A stretch of DNA of 64,000 nt, taken from NCBI RefSeq assembly GCF_009914755.1, contig NC_060931.1; one strand, written 5' to 3'. The stretch's first letter is position 1, and each line of letters begins with the position of its first letter. Positions 1 through 13,796 of the stretch are shown in pieces. A program made the position numbers and the translations under genes. The DNA comes from the human T2T-CHM13v2.0 reference genome, Homo sapiens. The notes beneath the pieces were generated by a model, which was given only the letters and a program-made list of their open reading frames with translations, made no database searches and was not told the DNA's origin.

Positions 1-1212
1 CCTGCCTTTCTTTTAAAAAATATTTACTATTTCCCATCCTTCCTTCATCAAAAAGGCATTGGGCAGGGTGAAAGGGTGAGACGGGGAGGCAGGCCTGAGC
101 ATAAATTGGCAGCACGCAAGGGCCAGAGGCTACTCTCCACTAAAAGGAACCAGGGCTCCTTGGGGAAGTGGCTCGTATTAGGGGTGGGGCAAGGAGATCT
201 AGATAGTTCTGGAACATCTTGTTGAGCCAGAAAGTAAAGAAATGCTCAAAACATAACGCAATACAGGTCAAAAGGACACAGAAGTCAGCTTGAAAGAGCT
301 CCCACAGGCCACATCAGGGACACGCTGAGCATCAAAATCAATAATAATAGTGATAGATTAAACCCACTGAATAAAACAGGAATGAATTAGTCCACATTGT
401 TATAGAGTGATGTGCTGATGTTGAAACACCAGATCTCTGGGGAAAAACACACGAATCTGCTTGATATTATTTTCCGATTTCCACAGTGTAACGACTCTCA
501 CTATGGCCAACTTAAAGAACCAACATGAGGTCAATGAACGCAGAGCAGAACAGAGTTGTACAAAAGTGGCTCTCAGGAGCTGGTATGAGCTCCCCACTGG
601 AGATAAACATGTAGGTGAATAAATACGTAGGGAAAAAACAGAGCTCTTACTACCAAAGAAAACCAACTAATACATGTAGAAGAAATCATAGTATTAGAAA
701 ATTTTCCTTTGGAAATCATCAGAGCAATAATTAATTCAGATAAGAAATGTCAATGCCAAAACTGATGGGTGAAATTGGGGTAATGAGGCTTTACATAGTT
801 TCACTGTGTCTCCCTACAAACTTTTCATGAATTAGCTGCTAAGGTAGGGAGAAAGTATTATAGTGGAGACATCTGGAAGATGCTATCTTAATGAAGTGGT
901 CAAAGTTATAACCAGTAATAAAACAAAGAGATACCATGTGCCATCAACAGGACGAAATGGGGGAAAAAAAATCACAACCATCTGTTATATTCCAGCCAAA
1001 GACATACAATATGGGTCTTCATAAAGAGAAATTTTTGTTGTAATGTTTGTTGTGATGAGAGAACACTGGATAAATCTGTAAAAAACAAAATCTTGTGTTT
1101 CAGTAGAAAACTAAGCAGCGCCTACAACATATCCTTTTGGGCTATCAGATTCTAGTCCTGTTGGCTTTGAGTTATTTTACAACGCTTTGTTAAGATGTAG
1201 GTAACTGATGGA

Positions 1213-1342
1213 GAGACAGATAGATAGATAGATAAACAGACAGATAGATAGATAGATATCTATCTATATATATATCTGTATATATCTGTCTATATCTATC
1301 TATATATATCTCTATCTATCTATCTATCTATCTATCTATATC
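1213..1342. repeat. Compound (GATA)n/(TA)n/(TATC)n microsatellite
   Basis: Visible GATA run followed by TATC/TA runs. Confidence 0.95.
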
Positions 1343-1541
1343 TCCTGTCTGGCAGTGATTTAATTGACTTCCTTTCCACTGGTGGAAAACTAGTTGTGTC
1401 TTCATTTGCAATTCATCTCAACATTCCTTTGCTTCATATAAATTTGTGCTCTTTTGACTTTTTCTTTAAAGTTATAACATCTGCCTAGTTTCATCATATC
1501 ATATGAGTAAAATAAATTATTTTAACACATATTTGTATATC

Positions 1542-1993
1542 TGAAGTCAAAATGTAATATAGAGGGAAACCTCTAAATTAAACATTTTATTGGAGAATCA
1601 TAGAATTGCAATTTGAAGCATACACATAGACTGGTAGACTTTGGTATGTCTGAGGAACAAAGGAAAGGTTGGGAGTTTTATTAGAAATAGGAATGTTACC
1701 TATGGTTTTGAAAGAAAGCTTATAGGCACTAGAATTTTTGAGAGCTGCTAAGCTCTGATTGGTGAGTGACAGTGGTAGGTAAAACCAGTCCTAAAGTCAC
1801 AGCAGGTCATTTCAGCAGCTACTAGATTAAACTGGTCTTAGGGTTACACCAGGCCATCTTAGCAGCTGGACTTGCAGACAATTCGATTCTTGGAGCAGGT
1901 GCCATGTGCCCATGTGCTTTCTGCCTCAGCTCCTCAACTGTGACTTAGTTGAGTGTGACAAGAATTACCCAATTTGTATAATCAATTTTCACA
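1542..1993 (-). mobile_element. ERV1/MER4-group solo LTR (subfamily uncertain)
   Basis: Minus strand begins tgtgaaaattgattatacaaattgggtaattcttgtcac, resembling MER4-group LTR 5' ends; about 450 bp. Confidence 0.55.
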
Positions 1994-2338
1994 TCTGTAT
2001 GAGAGTTATGATTTTACTTTTCCATGAAAATTACCTTTAACAAATTACCCTTTAACAAACCCAAATTACAGGGTATTCTATAAAATGGCTGACCTATAAT
2101 TTAAAAACACCAAAGTCATGAAAGAAAAGGAGCGAGTGAAGAACAATTCCAGATCAGAGGGGACTAGGAGGAGACGGGCCACCTGGGTGCAAGGTGCCAC
2201 CTGGAGCTAGATTCTTTCCATTAAAGGACAGAGCTGGGACAACAGGTGAAACTTAAATGGGGTCTCTGGGAAAAGAGCAAGAGGGGATTTTCTGCTCTGT
2301 TCTTGCAAGTTTTAAGTTTAAAATGGTTTTGAAATAAA

Positions 2339-2340
<2 letters not shown>

Positions 2341-2372
<32 letters not shown>
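2341..2372. repeat. (GT)16 microsatellite
   Basis: Direct inspection; a second (TG)11 run lies at about 2641-2663. Confidence 0.95.
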
Positions 2373-2376
<4 letters not shown>

Positions 2377-4242
2377 CATAAAGTAGTTGCTGTAAACTTT
2401 TAAAATAACTTTCTGGCCTGGGGCCTGAGCATGCTTATGGTTTTTATATGAGTTCCGCCTCCTCCAGCATCCCTGACCTTGGAGAGCTCTCCCTGACCAG
2501 AGCACAGACATAACTCAGTGCTGAGTCACAGTGCTTCTTACTCCTCAAATTTGCATCCTCACTTTGGCTTCAGATTATGCATAAGGAGAAGAGAAATTTT
2601 TGTTGCAACATCTGTCTATTGCCCTAAGTGGGATTTTATATGTGTGTGTGTGTGTGTGTGTGTCTCAATATACCTATTTTTTTAGAGAAACGTGACTAGA
2701 AGAGAAATTACTCTGGAAAGGTTGATGTTTCACAGTGGCCAGAAACCTCTCACCTCAGCCCAAGGAACGGCATTTTTTTTTTCGCCAACAGAAGATAATC
2801 TCTTCTTCAAATGGGCTGTGTGACCCTTTCTCATTTCCATTACCAGAGTGAAGGACAAAGACGCACAGAGAAAGCAAAAGGAGTGAGGAGGGGGCAGATC
2901 CTGTTTAGGGAATTTTCTGCCACACAATCTCTGACAAAGCCCAAGAAGGTTGGCCTCTTTGGCCTTTGTGATGCAAATTTCTGGGAGAGCCCTCAAGAGC
3001 TGTTCCAGCTGGAGCTCCCTGAGCAATGCAGAGTGCACTGCAGGCTCCAAGAAAACAGCAGAAAGCCTTGGGAAGATGTGGCAGCCATCACAGCTGGGGT
3101 TGACTGCAGAGACCACAGGAGCAGCTTCTTTCTGTCTGGGTCTGTGGCCTCTGAGGAGGTAAAGTGCAAAACGTGCATGGTGTCAGCTGGCCTTGGCTGC
3201 AAGGCAGCAAGTAGATGAATCGCTTTGGCCTGCACTGGACCTCCCAGAACAGCCAAGACTTCTAAGAGACACCAAGTTCTCAGAGGCAATAGCATAAGTT
3301 AGAGCTGATCATCTGTGTCCTTGGAGGTTAACAAAGTTTCAAAACAGAAATTCATCTTTTGTGTGAAGGCAAAATTCCGGAAAAGGTCACACATAATGGA
3401 AAACTGTCATATACATCTTTGTGTTATCCTCCATGCACCTCCTCTTACGTCTCACATGCCTAACCCAGTGTGAGGAGTATGGTTCAGCCCTCAGTAACGT
3501 ACATTTCGCTGAATCAATAAAACATACAAATCCATCTCAAGTGTGGGTGCTAGGGAACATCAAAACAAAGTGTATAATTCAAGCTATACCTCAGTTTTCA
3601 CAACGTTCAGAAAATGAAAACACCTCTGGTTCAGGCAAGATGAAAAGAATTTGAATAACGAAAGGTTAATATGAGATGGAGGGAACCTGTTTCAAGACTG
3701 TTCTTGTATTAATGCAAAAATGATGACAATTTTTATATACATGTAATATACATACACACAGCACTAGACTTTTCCATCTGTGTCATATGTATGACAGAGT
3801 GGGGAGGAACTAATAATTTATACACTTAATGTTTCTTTTTAAGACAATTACCTAAGAACTTTACATATCACTAAAATAACTATGGGACTCCTTCCAATGT
3901 TCCTAATACAGCCAGATTTTGGAGAAATGACCTCAACGAAACAAATAAAACAGCACTTATAAATTCCCCAGATTAGTGAGAACTCCACAAATACCACTGC
4001 TATCTTTCTGAGGAAAACCAGAAAACCAGCCGAGTATTGACCAAGGTATTGGAAATAGACATACTCCTACAAGAATGGTAAAGTATAAATTAGAACATTT
4101 CTGCAAGCTATTGGGCTATTCTTATTTTAAAACAGCTTTAAAATGTATACATACGCTGAGTCAGGAATTTTATTCCAACAAAATAAATTAAATATCCACA
4201 AAAATTTTGCTAAAAGAAAAGCTGATTTAAAAATATTCAGAA

Positions 4243-4553
4243 AGCCAGGCCCGGTAGCTCACACCTATAATCCCAGCACTTTGGGAGGCCAAGGCAGGAG
4301 GATTACTTGAGACCAGGAGTTCAACACCAGCCTGGGAAACACAGAGAGACCTTCGTCTCTATAAAAAATATTTAAAAATTAGCCAGGTGTGGTGGCACCT
4401 GTAGTCCCTACCTACTCAGGAGGCTGAGGCAGGAGGACTGCTTAAGCCCTGGAGGTCAAGGCTGCAGTGAGCTATGATTGTGCCACTGCACTCCAGCCTA
4501 GGCAACAGAGCAAGACTCTGACTCAAAAAAAAGTAAGATAAAATAAAATAAAA
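4243..4553 (+). mobile_element. AluJ, inserted in an old L1ME fragment (about 4030-4975)
   Basis: Dimeric Alu with J-type diagnostics (ggaggattacttgag, gtcaaggctgcagtgagctatgat) and an A-rich tail. Confidence 0.9.
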
Positions 4554-4984
4554 GTTCAGAGAAAAACCCTAAAAACAATATAAATGTCCTACAATAGGGA
4601 AATAGTTCACTGTACTATGCACATTCTTCAAATTATTGTATATTAATTGTACATAATAAGCTATAAAGCTGCAAAAATGAAACAGTACGCATGCAACAAA
4701 AATGACAGGGGAGAATAATATTTAATCACATGGAAATATTGTTAGGTACAAAAAGCAGGTTATAAAAACATGAGTATTATAATTCTACTTTTATAAAGCC
4801 TGTGCATATGTGTGTATCTAAAAGAATATATAAAAAACGATATTCATCAAGATATTAAAAATAGTCGTCTGTGGAAAGGCACACTACAAATGATTCTTAT
4901 TTTTTCCTTCTGCTTTTTTATATACTTTTCAAACGACAGATAATTTTTCATAAGAAAAGAAAGTTAATTTAAAAAAACTTTCCA

Positions 4985-5275
<291 letters not shown>

Positions 5276-5958
5276 TCATCATAAATACATGAATTTAACT
5301 TTTGTTCGCAGTTGACTTTCCTGCCCAGGGTGGTGTTACAGCTTACTCATATTCCAGCAGCGTAATTTTCCCATCACATTGCCAAGCGGGAAGGAAACTA
5401 TAAGTACCCTGCCCTTTCATTCTTGGAAATGTTTCCCCTGTTTTTCTGCCCCTAGTGATGACTGACTAACAGTGGAAGGACACAGAAGTAGGCTTTCTCA
5501 TTGTCTGTGTGCTTAGAGGCATGGACAAAGACTGTGGTGTTTTATTAAAACCCAAAGAAGAGCAGTATTTTTTATGACATTGGACTTAAGAGTTGTGGAC
5601 ACAATTTTCCTTCTTTCAAATAAAATAAAATATATCATTTCTGAGAAATGTTTTGATATCCATCTTTTTGATATTTGTTTCTGGAAACACTGTCCATTCC
5701 TCAATATTCCTTTTGTTGCTCAGGCTGGGGCAACATGTTTCCCCACAGCTGTATTTGCTTTCACTCCTATGTTTCAAGCAGAAATTAGGAATGAAATTTC
5801 AAAACTCCATTAAGGATAGAACAATTAAACTCAGGTTTTAAACACTGTGCTCATGCTCTGTCAAGATGACACTTCCTCACTGTTCCTCTGTTACTGACTT
5901 TGCTCCATGGCCCCACCCAGTACCAGCTGGAGAGAGACCTTTTAAAAGCCCAGCCTTG

Positions 5959-8186
5959 TTGTGACAAAATCTCTCACCATTTGCTTGCCTGCAAAGGATT
6001 TTATTTCTCCTTCACTTATGAAGATCTCAAAATAATAAGAGCTATTTATGACAAACCCACAGCCAATATCATACTGAATGAGCAAAAGCTGGAAGCATTC
6101 CCTTTGAAAACGGGCACAAGACAAGGATGCCCTCTCTCAGCACTCCTATTCAACATAGTATTGGAAGTTCAGGCCAGGGCAATCAGGCAAGAAAAAGAAA
6201 TAAAGGGTATTCAAATAGGAAGACAGTAAGTCAAATTGTCTCTGTTTGCAGATGACATGATTGTATAATTAGAAAACCCCATCATCTCAGCCCAAAATCT
6301 CCCTAAGCTGATAAGCAACTTCAGCAAAGTCTCAGGATACAAAATCAATGTGCAAAAATCACAGGCATTCCTATACACCAATAATAGGCAAACAGAGAGC
6401 CAAATCATAAGTGAACTCCTATTCACAATTGCTACAAAGAGAATATAATACCTAGGAATAGAACTTAAAAGGGATGTGAAGGACCTCTTCAAGGAGAACT
6501 ACAAACTACTGCTCAAGGAAATAAGAGAGGACACAAACAAATGAAAAAACATTCCATGCTCATGGATAGAAAGAATCAATATCATGAAAATGGCCATACT
6601 GCCCAAAGTAATTTATAGATTCTATTCTATCCCCATCAAGCTACCATTGACTTTCTTCACAGAATTAGAAAAAACTACTTCGAATTTCATATGGAACTAA
6701 AAAAGAGCCCATATAATCAAGACATTCCTAAGCAAAAAGAAGAAAGCTGGAGGCATCACGCTACCTGACTTCAAACTATACTACAAGGCTACACTAACCA
6801 GAACACCATAGTACTGGTACCAAAACAGATATATAGACCAATGGAACAGAACAAGACCTCAGAAATAATGCCACACATCTACAACCATCTGATCTTTGAC
6901 AAACCTGATAAAAACAAGCAATGGGGAAAGGATTCCCTATTTAATAAATGGTGCTGGGAAAACTGGCTAGCCATATGCAGAAAACTAAAACTGTGCCACT
7001 TCCTTACACCTTATACACAAATTAACTCAAGATGGATTAAAGACTTAAACGTAAGACCTAAAACCATAAAAACCCTAGAAGAATACCTAGGAATACCATT
7101 CAGGACGCAGGTGTGGGCAAAGGCTTCATGACTAAAACCCCAAAAGCAACTGCAACAAAAGCCAAAATAGACAAATCGGGTCTAATTAAACTAAAGAGCT
7201 TCTGCCCAGCAAAGGAAACTATCATCAGAGTGAACAGGCAACCTACAGAATGGGAGAAAAATTTTGCAATATAGCCATCTGACAAAGGGTTAATATCCAA
7301 AATCTACAAGGAACTTAAACAAATTTACAAGAAAAAAACAACCCTACCAAAAAGTGGGTGAAGCATATGAACAGACACTTCTCAAAAGAAGACATTTATG
7401 CGGCCAACAAACACATGAAAAAAAGCTCATCATCACTGGTCATTAGAGAAATGCAAATCAAAACCACAATGAGATACCATCTCATGCCCGTTAGAATGGT
7501 GATCATTAAAAAGTCAAGAAACAACAGATGCTGAAGAGGATGTGGAGAAATGGGAACGCTTTTACACTGTTGGTGAGAGTGTAAATTAATTCAACCATTG
7601 TGGAAGACAGTCTGGTGATTCCTCAAGGATCTAGAATCAGAAATAACATTTGACCCAGCAATCCCATTACTGGGTATATACACAAAGGATTATAAGTCAT
7701 TCTACTGTAAAGACACATGCACACGTATGTTTATTGCAGCACTGTTCACAATAGCAAAGACTTGCAACCAACCCAAATGTCCATCAATGATAGACTGGAT
7801 AAAGAAAATGTGGCACATATACACCATGGAATACTATGCAGCCATAAAAAAGGATGAGTTCATGTCCTTTGCAGGGACATGGATGAAGCTGGAAACCATC
7901 ATTCTCAGCAAACTAACACAAGAGCGGAAAACCAAACACCGCATGTTCTCACTTGTAAGCGGGAGTTGAACAATGAGAACACATAGACACAGGGCGGGGA
8001 ACATCACACACCAGGGCCTGTCAGAGGGTGAGAGGCTAGGGTAGGGATAACATTAGGAGAAATACCTAATGCAGATGACGGGTTTTGGGTTCAGCAAACC
8101 ACCATGGCATGTGTATACCTATGTAGCAAACCTGCAAGTTCTGCACATGTATCCAAGAACTTAAAGTAAAAAAAAAAAAAAAAACA
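5959..8186 (+). mobile_element. 5'-truncated, 5'-inverted L1PA (about L1PA7/8): ORF2 3' half plus 3'UTR, with 65 bp of inverted ORF1 at the 5' end
   Basis: Degenerate ORF2 peptides ([12 protein letters not shown]; MFIAALFTIAK), L1PA 3'UTR and polyA; 15-bp TSD aaaagcccagccttg at 5944-5958 and 8187-8201; TTT/AAAA endonuclease site. Confidence 0.95.
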
Positions 8187-8846
8187 AAAAGCCCAGCCTT
8201 GGGTAATGATGGGCGGGCAAGTCATCTCTGAATCTCATTATTCCTAAAAGTAAGGAGAAAAATTCCAGCAACATTTCTTCAATGTTTACGAAAATTTCCA
8301 CGGGTCCTGCTTAGGAAACGACCACCTTCTCCAGCTGGAACATTGCCCAGGAGTCATGACTAAATGCCTTCCAAATTGCAGGATCTATTTAATTTATGTG
8401 GTTTCTATCCCAAAGGTTTCCTGTTAATTAATTGAAGTCTTGCTCTAAGTTTAACAGAGAAGCCAGGATTTCTTATAGAAAAATGGCTTTCTCTTTCCTT
8501 TTTAATCTTAGCGAAAGATCTGAAAAATTTGCTGTTTATTAAATAAGCCACCTCTGAGCATGAGATGCAGGACCAGCAGAAGGAAGGCAGAAGGCCTTGC
8601 AACTCCAGTCCCTCCTTCCTCCATCCCCGAAAATAGCGTAACTTTGAACTTACATAAAACAGGAAGGGGGACACCAAAGATGACCCTGAGAGACATCATT
8701 CCTTCCCACGAACATAGTGTGATGGGAAAGTATAAGAGACAAATGCAAAAGAGAATTCACCCAACACCTGGCCTTAAGCTCTGTTTATCTGTCTGAAACC
8801 TGGCTGTATGTATCAAACTGGGACGGCTTACTGATTATTATAAATA

Positions 8847-9220
8847 CAGTCATGTGTTGCTTAACAATGCGATACATGCTAAGAAATGCATCATTAGGTG
8901 ATTCTGTTGTGTGAACATCGTAGAGTGTACTTACACAAACATACATGGTATAGCCTACAACACACCTAGGCTATGTGGCACAGCTTATTGCTTCTAGGCT
9001 ACAAACCTGTACAGCATGTTACTAGGCTGAGTAGTGTACGCAATGGTAACACAATAGCAAATATTTGTGTATCTAAACAGAGAAGAGGTATAGTAAAACC
9101 ATGGTATAAAATATAAAAAATGGCACAACTGTATAGGGCAGCTCCATCATAATCTCATGAGACCACCATTATATTTGTGGTCCATCACTGATCGAAATGT
9201 TCTTATGCAGTGCGTGACTG
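8847..9220 (+). mobile_element. Tigger3-family (MER7/Golem) non-autonomous DNA transposon
   Basis: Terminal inverted repeats cagtcatg...cgtgactg flanked by TA; internal ctaggctacaaacctgtacagcatgttact motif. Confidence 0.85.
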
Positions 9221-9542
9221 TAGTTAAGATATTAATGAGTGTGATACTCCTTTTTTTAAGAAAGGCATTCAGTTGCTTTAGCTCACATAAAGTACATTCA
9301 ATATTGACATTCTCTCACATTGTATAATACGTGTGCAACATGGAGACAGAATTCAGACCTGCTGTCCCCCATCCTGGGTCTGAGGAATAGTGAATCTTTT
9401 GGACTGTTCTGCAGGTGGAGATGTGTCATAAAGTAAGGCCACAGCACTGAGAAAAAGTAAGAATGTTGACAAGGCACATACATAGCATCAGTTCTTACTC
9501 TTTTTCTTTTAAAGCAAAAATGGTTGTGTCCCTTTTATAAGC

Positions 9543-9930
9543 ATTACGGACTGAAGTGTGGCCCCTCATAATTCACATGTTTAAGCCCTAAACCCCAGTA
9601 CCTCAGAATGGGACAGTATTTGGAGATAAGCCCTCTCAAGAGATGATTAATTTAAAATGAAGCCATTAGGTGTCCCTAATCCAATCTGACTCTTGTCCTT
9701 ATAAGAAAAGGAGATTTGAAGACAAAAAGAAAAAACAGGGATGTGCACACGAGGACAGAGAGAGAAGGCAGCCATCCACTATCCAGAGCAACCTCAGCAG
9801 AAACCAACCCTGCCAACACCTTGATCATGGACTTGCAGCTTCCAGAACTCTGAGGAAAAATAAAGTTTCTGTTGTTTATGCCACTCAGTCTGTGGTATTT
9901 TGTTATGGCAGCCCTAGCAAAGTAAAGCAA
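9543..9930 (+). mobile_element. MaLR solo LTR (MLT1A/MLT1B-like)
   Basis: cccagtacctcagaatg...ccctaatccaatctgact...gtggtattttgttatggcagccctagcaaa motifs typical of MLT1. Confidence 0.8.
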
Positions 9931-10954
9931 TGAGAAACTGAAAACAAAAGCTCCTAGTAGGCAGTTTCATTGTCGAAGTCTGTAACTGCCGGCCTCTGGA
10001 GGTGAGGGGCTCCACCACAGGCCCCTGTTCAGAATGCAGATCACATGCGCCCCTGCTTTGCTGTCTTTACCACGGTAAAGTAACCGTAATTACAATTGCA
10101 ATTCTAATAATTTCAGAAGTATTTGCAAATATCATTCTGAATGTGCCAGAGCTCAAGCCCTGGATACCTAGGTACTTGTGGCAGAACCAACTCATATCAG
10201 CAGGTGACATTACAACTGGCTCTGATGCATTGTCCTTGACATATCAATGGCTGGGACTTAGCTTAATCAATAAACAGGGGTAAACATTTTTACATTTTTA
10301 TTTAACATGTTAGTGTTGCCGAGGCAGCCTCCCCCACGCCCCACTCTCTCACCAGAAGCCATGGGGGGTATGTAGTATAGGCTACCATGTCTGGCAGGTA
10401 CATGAAGTAATCCAGTGATGAGTGAAGGTGTTTATAACAACTCGTCCTCCTCCTCTGCTCCCCAGAAACAGGCAATAGGATCCTGACATATTCCAGACCA
10501 GCTTCCAGCCTGGAGCTCCCCTCACAGACAGGACCCTCTGTATCCATTCCTTTGTCAAGCTCCTTGGATCCCTAAACTTTTTCAACTTCCCTCTCGCTGA
10601 TTCAAGCTCCAGCTCCAGCTTACAGTAACCACACTGGATTCTGACAACATCCAGGGTTTACATTTCCCTGTACCACTCCACGTTGAGGTATGCCCAAACT
10701 TTCATAAGCAGAGGTTTCGTCATCCTTGAAAAAAATAAATGATACCTGTCTACAGTTGACCCTTTCCCGATCACCCAGGCCTGTTTGTCGGTCTTCTCTG
10801 ACATGATGTTCTTCACATTCAGTTCTAGGGATTTTCTCTACTTGACTGCGAGTTAAGATCCCCAACTCCAAACTCTAAAGAATATCTTGTCTTTGAATGA
10901 GAAAAAAAATGTTTTCACTAGTACCAACTGCAGAGGCCAGATGATGCCAAGTGT

Positions 10955-11277
10955 AGGAGGGAGGGAGGATGGAGGGAGGAGAAGGAGGAAGGAAGGAAGG
11001 AAGGAAAGAAGGAAGAAAGGAAGGAAGGAAGGAAGGAAAGGAGGGAGGGAGGGAAAAGGGGAGGGAAAAGGGGAGGGGAGGGCAGAGGGGAAGGGAGGGG
11101 AGGGGAGAGGAGGACAAAGGGAAGGGAGGGAGAGAAGGGAGAAGGAGGGAAGGAAGAAAGGAAGGAAGAAAGGGAGAGGGGCAGGGGGAAGGGAAGGGAA
11201 GGGAAGGGAGAAGGGAGGAGGAAGGGAAGGGAGAAGGGAGGGAGGGAAAGGAGAGGAAGGGGACAGAAGGGGAGGGG
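10955..11277. repeat. Polypurine low-complexity tract (GGAA/GGGA/GGGAA repeats), about 320 bp
   Basis: Almost exclusively G/A on the plus strand; source of the spurious R/G/E/K-rich and P/S/L/F-rich ORFs. Confidence 0.95.
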
Positions 11278-11752
11278 CCCAGAAAGATCTCTAACTTGCA
11301 GAGTTATCAATTCATTCTTTGTATTACTAGGTACCCTTTAAACAACCCAGTTTTAAACCTCCATTCTCAATGATACTTACTCTTTCATAATAAATGCCTA
11401 TCCTGACACTGTACTTTATTAGCTTAGCATATTCATATGCAATTAATTGATTCAGCAATTTCACATGCTTTAAATTGTATGCTCTACTAGTCTCTGCCAA
11501 TAGCACCTGACCACATGGCAGGGGCAGCCTCCTGCTCATCCTAGCAGGCATTCAGCATTCAGTGGTTAAAGGAGTTGTCTCTCCACCAACATAAGAGCTG
11601 GCCCCGCCTGGCTCCTGACGCTCCACAGTCACACCAGAGAGCAAGCTCCCCGGCAGGAAGGGACATTCCTTCCTCCCTCATGATGGAACTCCAACTCCCT
11701 CAAGGACAGTTCACACTCATCTCCTCTGTGAGGCTGAGATTTAATGGGTTCC

Positions 11753-13012
<1,260 letters not shown>

Positions 13013-13626
13013 TCATAAGAAAAAATTTTCCTTTGTTCAACTCTTTTGCATGCACAGAGTAGGTAGTTAATACATGTTGACTGCATTTAATTTCAAGTAA
13101 TTAATGACAAGTATTTAATCATTCAAGTGTTAAGTTTTAAAATTACTTCAGGGATTATATCTTGACCTGGTTTTATACTTTGAAACATAACTTGAACTAG
13201 CTTGAGCTGTCAGTGAAAAAAGAAACATAATTAGGTAATCTAATTTTTTAATGGATTAAGGGAGGGAAAATTTTTCTTAGGGATAGGCAACGAATATGAG
13301 GGACTATTGTTTTGTCAAGTTATACTTTCATTGTTGCCAAGGCCCTCTGAGATAATGGCATGATATTTTCCCACATAAACCTGAAATTTCTAGCACTTGA
13401 TGGATTTCTATTTTGTCTCAGATACTAGATGGTGGTGGGCAAAGGATGGAGAACTCTTGAAATTACAAACCCACTGCCTCGCCACTATCTTAAAAACTAT
13501 TTTTTTCCTGAGTCTAACCAAGGCTCTGGTCTTTAAAACAGAGTTTGCAAGTGTAAGGCATGTAACAATATTCAAAACGCGGAGACACGCAGGACAGCTG
13601 TGGAAGTTAGGAAAAAAGACGCTTAC

Positions 13627-13796
13627 TCAGTGCCGCTCTCTACCATCTGCGTGAGGAGAGAGATACCGTCCAGGTTTATAAACTCCTGGGCAAACGTGAC
13701 ATCCCGGGAGAGGCTGGCCAAGTCCTTCAGGGCTTCCAGCTTGGCATCCATACTCGAGGACTGGATTCGTTCATGGAGCTGCTGGGCGTTCTGAGC
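13627..13796 (-). CDS. ELMO1: ELMO1 internal coding exon (170 nt; about residues 82-138, start of the armadillo-like ELMO inhibitory domain)
   Basis: Minus-strand translation [56 protein letters not shown](E) matches the recalled human ELMO1 protein. Acceptor ...ttttgccccataag|GCTCAG, donor ...ACTGA|gtaagc; phase 0 in, phase 2 out. Confidence 0.97.

Larger units (their letters stand above)
190..2340 (+). mobile_element. Ancient L1M (L1MC/L1MD-type) 3' end fragments, interrupted at about 1075-2040
   Basis: Similarity to old L1 3'UTR motifs (tctggaacatcttgttgagccagaaagtaaag; aaacccaaattacagggtattctataaaat), ending in aaataaaat at 2340. Confidence 0.6.

Noticed and set aside
2730-3295. Cluster of overlapping 70-135 aa ORFs in non-repeat sequence
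   Set aside because: No similarity to ELMO1 or any family I recognise; ORFs on both strands suggest chance in moderately GC-rich DNA.
10875-11373. Overlapping 80-135 aa ORFs rich in R/G/E/K or P/S/L/F
   Set aside because: Artefacts of the stop-free polypurine tract.
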